This document shows, one piece after another, positions 16,373 through 20,000 of a DNA stretch of 20,000 bases (position 1 is its first letter; every line of letters starts with the position of its first letter). This DNA comes from an uncultured virus (IMG/VR IMGVR_UViG_3300021960_000024) (Duplodnaviria; Heunggongvirae; Uroviricota; Caudoviricetes). The stretch lies in the IMG/VR virus record IMGVR_UViG_3300021960_000024; one strand, 5' to 3'. Below the pieces are notes generated by a model. The model did not search any database, was not told where the DNA came from, and worked only from the letters and a program-made list of their open reading frames with translations. The position numbers and the translations under genes are program-made.

Positions 16373-16386
16373 ATTATGAGGTAAAC

Positions 16387-16818
16387 ATGGATTTAGAGAC
16401 ACTAAAACGAACTGCAAGGGAAGACCTTCCCGTATCTGATCTAGAACACATTGATCAGGAATCTTTCAAAAATCAATTGATCAAACAGAAGTGGTTGGAC
16501 TTCAAGGCAGACTTTGAACTGCTTTTGGTTAAAGCTAAAACTGACCACCAACTTCTATATCGACAGAAGTGGGAATACTATGGTGGTAAGGCAGATGCAA
16601 AAGTGTATGCTGCAAAACCATTTGACATTAGGGTCATGAAGACAGACCTTACAATGTACATTCAGTCCGACGAGGACATTCTTAGAATTTCAAATAAAAT
16701 TGGGTACTACGATTCATGCGTAGACTACTGCAAGGGTGTGATTAAGTCCATCGACAATCGTGGTTGGGATATTCGCAACGCTACTGATTGGAAGAAGTTT
16801 GAAGCTGGGATGATATGA
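16387..16818 (+). CDS. uvsY: Recombination mediator UvsY
   Basis: KWEYYGGKA...YAAKPF, YIQSDEDI and I.NRGW.IRNA.DWKKFEAG; start ATG 16387 with a GAGGT SD. Confidence 0.9.
   Translation: MDLETLKRTAREDLPVSDLEHIDQESFKNQLIKQKWLDFKADFELLLVKAKTDHQLLYRQKWEYYGGKADAKVYAAKPFDIRVMKTDLTMYIQSDEDILRISNKIGYYDSCVDYCKGVIKSIDNRGWDIRNATDWKKFEAGMI
16791..16818 (+). repeat. 28-bp imperfect direct repeat, copy 1 (uvsY 3' end; copy 2 at 18063-18090)
   Basis: gaagaagtttgaagctgggatgatatga vs gaaaaagtttgaagctggtatgatttga, 25/28 identical. Confidence 0.9.
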
Positions 16819-18074
16819 GTAAATTAAAAGACTTGGAGTGGTTCTGTCCTCAACCATTTATGAATACGTTGATGAATAATAATCTTGTTCCACAATCTTG
16901 TTGTGTGTTACAAGGTTGGCCAGGCGATGATTTTCTGGGTGATACGGGACAGACCTCTATTATGGAAGTTCATAATTCAGATTTTATGAAGGACTTTCGT
17001 AAAGAATTTCTAAATGGTGGTGGTCCAATCTCTGATAGATTATGCCTTGTCTGTAAGGAACAGGAGAAACATTCCCCCACAGAAAGTCATCGATTGATGT
17101 ATCTAGATAAGTTTGATGAAGAACATGGAATGTATAGAGAACACTTAGAGGCTCTTGAGGATTACATTGATACAGACCAAAGCGATTCTATGTATTTGAC
17201 ATTTGAATATAACGCTCCTAATAATTTTTGTAATTTGAAATGCAACATGTGTTCATCCCAACAATCTTCAACATATGCTAAAGAGAATAAAGCTATAGGT
17301 GAGCATATTCCCAATGAATGGCAACAAGAAACTCATATAAGTATTAAAGACGATATGTCGAAATATGAACCTATTCTTAAAAATCTTATAGAGTTAAAAC
17401 TAGTTGGGGGAGAGACACTTGCTCTACCACAAAACTATGAGATGATGGATAAAACGATAGAGATGGGCGTGTCTAAACAGATGGGACTTGTTATAACTAC
17501 TAATGCTACGCTGACTCCAAAGATGGGTAAACATGGAGATGTGTTTGATTATGTTCCTCATTTTAAAAATTGTCAAATGAATGTATCTATAGAATGTTGG
17601 GGCGAGAAGAACAACTATATTAGATTTCCATCTAAGTGGAAAAAGATTATGGAGAATGTTGAAAGATTTTCCAAGATGCCCAGAACTAATATAATGTTTG
17701 CAACTTGTGTGAGTTCTTTAACAATAGGATATCTCCACGAAATAGCTGAAGGCGTTGATGCCCTGATAGAAAAACAACCAGATATATTTAACGATTTTTC
17801 AACTGGCAGTTTGGTTATTGGAGAACCTAATTTATACACGGTAACAGCAATACCACTCGATATTAGAGAATTGTATTTAGAAAAAATATATAAACATGCT
17901 ACTGAACGACACATTAAAACATTTATGAAACTGGCGAACTACTTAACAGACATGCCCTTTGACGAAAGCTTACATAACAGGATGATGATTGATGTAGCGA
18001 AACGTGATAAATTTCGAGGAACCGTGTTGACAGATGTTTTTCCAGAGTGGAAACCTTACTATGAAAAAGTTTGA
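16815..18074 (+). CDS. Radical SAM enzyme with an N-terminal twitch/SPASM-like Cys domain
   Basis: CNLKCNMC (CxxxCxxC), LVGGET, ITTNAT and NNYIRFPSKW; N-terminal CPQPF...CC...CLVC..QE. Confidence 0.88.
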   Translation: MSKLKDLEWFCPQPFMNTLMNNNLVPQSCCVLQGWPGDDFLGDTGQTSIMEVHNSDFMKDFRKEFLNGGGPISDRLCLVCKEQEKHSPTESHRLMYLDKFDEEHGMYREHLEALEDYIDTDQSDSMYLTFEYNAPNNFCNLKCNMCSSQQSSTYAKENKAIGEHIPNEWQQETHISIKDDMSKYEPILKNLIELKLVGGETLALPQNYEMMDKTIEMGVSKQMGLVITTNATLTPKMGKHGDVFDYVPHFKNCQMNVSIECWGEKNNYIRFPSKWKKIMENVERFSKMPRTNIMFATCVSSLTIGYLHEIAEGVDALIEKQPDIFNDFSTGSLVIGEPNLYTVTAIPLDIRELYLEKIYKHATERHIKTFMKLANYLTDMPFDESLHNRMMIDVAKRDKFRGTVLTDVFPEWKPYYEKV

Positions 18075-18090
18075 AGCTGGTATGATTTGA
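18063..18090 (+). repeat. 28-bp imperfect direct repeat, copy 2 (duplicate of the uvsY C-terminal coding sequence)
   Basis: Encodes KKFEAGMI* again, in the frame opened by ATG 18061. Confidence 0.9.
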
Positions 18091-18440
18091 TGACTTGGGG
18101 TTACCATACACTTTTTGATTGCGAAGAATGTCCAGTAGAAAAATTTACTGAAGAAAATATTCGCTCATTTATTTTAAATATCGTAAAAGATATAGGTATG
18201 AAATCATATGGTGATCCGATGATTGCTCACTTTGCATCACACAATCCTGATGTTGCAGGGTTTAGTTTCTGTCAAATGATTGAAACAAGCAATATCACAG
18301 GACATTTTGTAGATAAAACTGGTGACTGTTATATCGATATTTTTAGTTGTAAGGATTACGATAAGGGTCTTGCAACTGGAATTATTGTGGATTTCTTTAA
18401 CCCTAAAGAAATTAAAATGAAATATATTGAGAGGGGTTAA
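18090..18440 (+). CDS. AdoMetDC (SpeD)-fold pyruvoyl-dependent decarboxylase homolog
   Basis: G.H...D...C start, GFS...MIETSNITGH, YIDIFSCK and terminal IERG match the SpeD class 1B layout. Substrate is uncertain, so no symbol is given. Confidence 0.78.
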   Translation: MTWGYHTLFDCEECPVEKFTEENIRSFILNIVKDIGMKSYGDPMIAHFASHNPDVAGFSFCQMIETSNITGHFVDKTGDCYIDIFSCKDYDKGLATGIIVDFFNPKEIKMKYIERG

Positions 18441-18442
18441 TT

Positions 18443-19918
18443 GTGCGTATATCAAAAAAGAACGAAGTCTATCTAGTTCTAGATGATATGACAGATTCTA
18501 CTCGACAAGAGTTGACAGAGTTCTTTACCTTTGAGGTTCCCGGTTTTAAATTTATGCCAACCTACCGAAGTCGAATGTGGGATGGAAAGATACGACTCTT
18601 CTCCCCAGCTACAGGTGAGATATATGTTGGATTGCTTCAATATATTAGGGGTTTCTGCCAGAAAAACAAAATTGAATATATATTAGAAGAAGGAGTTGAA
18701 AATGAGCGGGTTATTGTTCGTCAAGTGGTTAGAGATTTCATCAGGTCACTTAAACCAAAATCTGGGGGGAAGTCTCTCAAAGTGCGTGACTACCAAATTG
18801 ATGCGGTACATCACGGTATTGCCAGAAATCGTGCTCTTCTTGTTTCTCCTACTGCTTCGGGTAAATCACTCATAATCTACTCGTTAGTTCGTTATTATCA
18901 TATGATGGGATTGAAGACCCTGATACTAGTTCCTACCACCTCACTTGTGGAACAGATGTATTCAGACTTCGAAGACTACGGATGGAGCTCTGGTACATAC
19001 TGTCAGAAGGTATATCAGGGACATTCCAGTAAGGTTGAGAAGGACGTTGTTATATCGACATGGCAGTCTATCTACAAGTTACCAAAGAAATATTTTGAAC
19101 AGTTCGGTTGTGTCATTGGTGATGAGGCGCATATGTTTAAGGCTAAATCTTTAACTGGTATCATGACCAAGTTACACCTATGTAAGTACAGATTCGGTCT
19201 TACAGGCACCCTAGACGGGACGCAGACGCACCAACTTGTTTTAGAAGGTCTATTCGGTCCTGTTGAAAAAGTTACTACCACAAAGGAGTTAATTGAGAAG
19301 AAATCTCTTGCTGACCTTAAAATCAAGTGCATTATTTTAAAGCATGAGAATATACGAGAGAGAATGACTTATGCAGAGGAACTACAATATCTAGGCGAAC
19401 ATGAACTTAGAAACGAATTTCTTGCTGGGCTGTTGATGCATCTTCCCGGTAATACATTATGTTTATATCAATTGGTAGAAAAACACGGCAAACCTCTTTA
19501 TGAGGAAGTCATGAAATCTCAAGAGGAAGGTTTCTTTGATGACAAATTGCGAAAGGTATTTTTTATCTATGGTAACACAAGTACCACAGAAAGAGAAAGG
19601 ATACGATCTGTTGTGGAGGGTGAAAAAAACTCTATCACCATTGCATCCTATGGCACCTTTAGCACTGGTATTAATATTCGCAATATTCACAACATCGTGC
19701 TCGCAAGTCCGTCTAAGTCTAGAATTCGAGTGCTCCAGAGTATCGGTAGAGGATTGCGTCAGGGGGAGAATAAAGATTCCGTTTTGATATTTGATATTGC
19801 AGATGATTTGACTTTTAGACACCAGAGTAATTTTACACTTAACCACTTCCAAGAACGCATAAATATCTATAACACAGAACAATTCAACTATGAAATTAGT
19901 AAGGTAAACCTAAAATGA
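18443..19918 (+). CDS. uvsW: DNA helicase UvsW (SF2)
   Basis: WDGKIRLF, RDYQ, SPTASGKS, GDEAH, GLTGT, ASYGTFSTGINI and LQSIGRGLR. Confidence 0.97.
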   Translation: MRISKKNEVYLVLDDMTDSTRQELTEFFTFEVPGFKFMPTYRSRMWDGKIRLFSPATGEIYVGLLQYIRGFCQKNKIEYILEEGVENERVIVRQVVRDFIRSLKPKSGGKSLKVRDYQIDAVHHGIARNRALLVSPTASGKSLIIYSLVRYYHMMGLKTLILVPTTSLVEQMYSDFEDYGWSSGTYCQKVYQGHSSKVEKDVVISTWQSIYKLPKKYFEQFGCVIGDEAHMFKAKSLTGIMTKLHLCKYRFGLTGTLDGTQTHQLVLEGLFGPVEKVTTTKELIEKKSLADLKIKCIILKHENIRERMTYAEELQYLGEHELRNEFLAGLLMHLPGNTLCLYQLVEKHGKPLYEEVMKSQEEGFFDDKLRKVFFIYGNTSTTERERIRSVVEGEKNSITIASYGTFSTGINIRNIHNIVLASPSKSRIRVLQSIGRGLRQGENKDSVLIFDIADDLTFRHQSNFTLNHFQERINIYNTEQFNYEISKVNLK

Positions 19919-20000
19919 ACACAGATACATATAAAATCTTAAAGCTCATTAGTGGTGAGAATATCATTTGTGAGCTTTCCGAAGACAATGGTAAATACGA
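19915..20000 (+). CDS. Conserved T4-like phage protein downstream of uvsW, N-terminus only (Sm-like start)
   Basis: The ATG overlaps the uvsW stop (ATGA); MNTDTYKILKLISGENIICEL... stays open to the window end. Confidence 0.7.
   Translation, partial: MNTDTYKILKLISGENIICELSEDNGKY

Noticed and set aside
152..16386. Track start positions 152, 12933, 15629 and 16306
   Set aside because: They overlap upstream genes, the terminator or the structured element, or lack an SD; downstream ATGs (251, 12954, 15662, 16387) fit SD/promoter positions and conserved N-termini.
358..19882. Many short alternative-frame and antisense ORFs in the track (e.g. 5577-6014, 13764-14219, 19463-19882)
   Set aside because: They lie within well-supported genes, have no recognisable motifs, and are best explained as shadow ORFs.
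4926..19918. Introns or inteins in gp17, gp20, gp23 or uvsW
   Set aside because: All four are uninterrupted, of ordinary length, and lack intein splice motifs.
1..20000. CRISPR array, rRNA, IS element or stop-codon reassignment
   Set aside because: No regularly spaced repeats, rRNA-like sequence or transposase is present, and core genes are full length under the standard code with TAA, TGA and TAG all used as stops.

Overview
This window is the virion-morphogenesis block of a T4-like myophage. Gene order and protein sizes resemble marine cyanophage/pelagiphage-type T4 relatives; the host cannot be determined from the sequence. Core order on the + strand is gp14 (3' end), gp15, gp16, gp17, gp18, gp19, gp20, three small prohead-region ORFs, gp21, gp22, gp23, gp3, uvsY, uvsW and the start of a following conserved ORF, with T4-type late promoters (TATAAATA/CTAAATA) and a terminator after gp23. 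Visibly more AT-rich enzyme genes are inserted between core genes: a 2OG-Fe(II)-type oxygenase, two tandem QueC-like PP-loop paralogs, an Asn-synthetase-like PP-loop protein between gp16 and gp17, a twitch-type radical SAM enzyme and a divergent AdoMetDC-fold decarboxylase. An antisense degenerate HNH-like gene follows gp17. The most notable unexplained signals are (i) a ~120-nt structured intergenic element with mutually exclusive helices between gp3 and uvsY, (ii) a perfect 120-bp repeat shared by two otherwise diverged paralogs, (iii) a 28-bp duplication of the uvsY 3' end flanking the radical SAM gene, and (iv) probable leaderless late mRNAs. All family assignments come from motif recognition and synteny, not from database searches.
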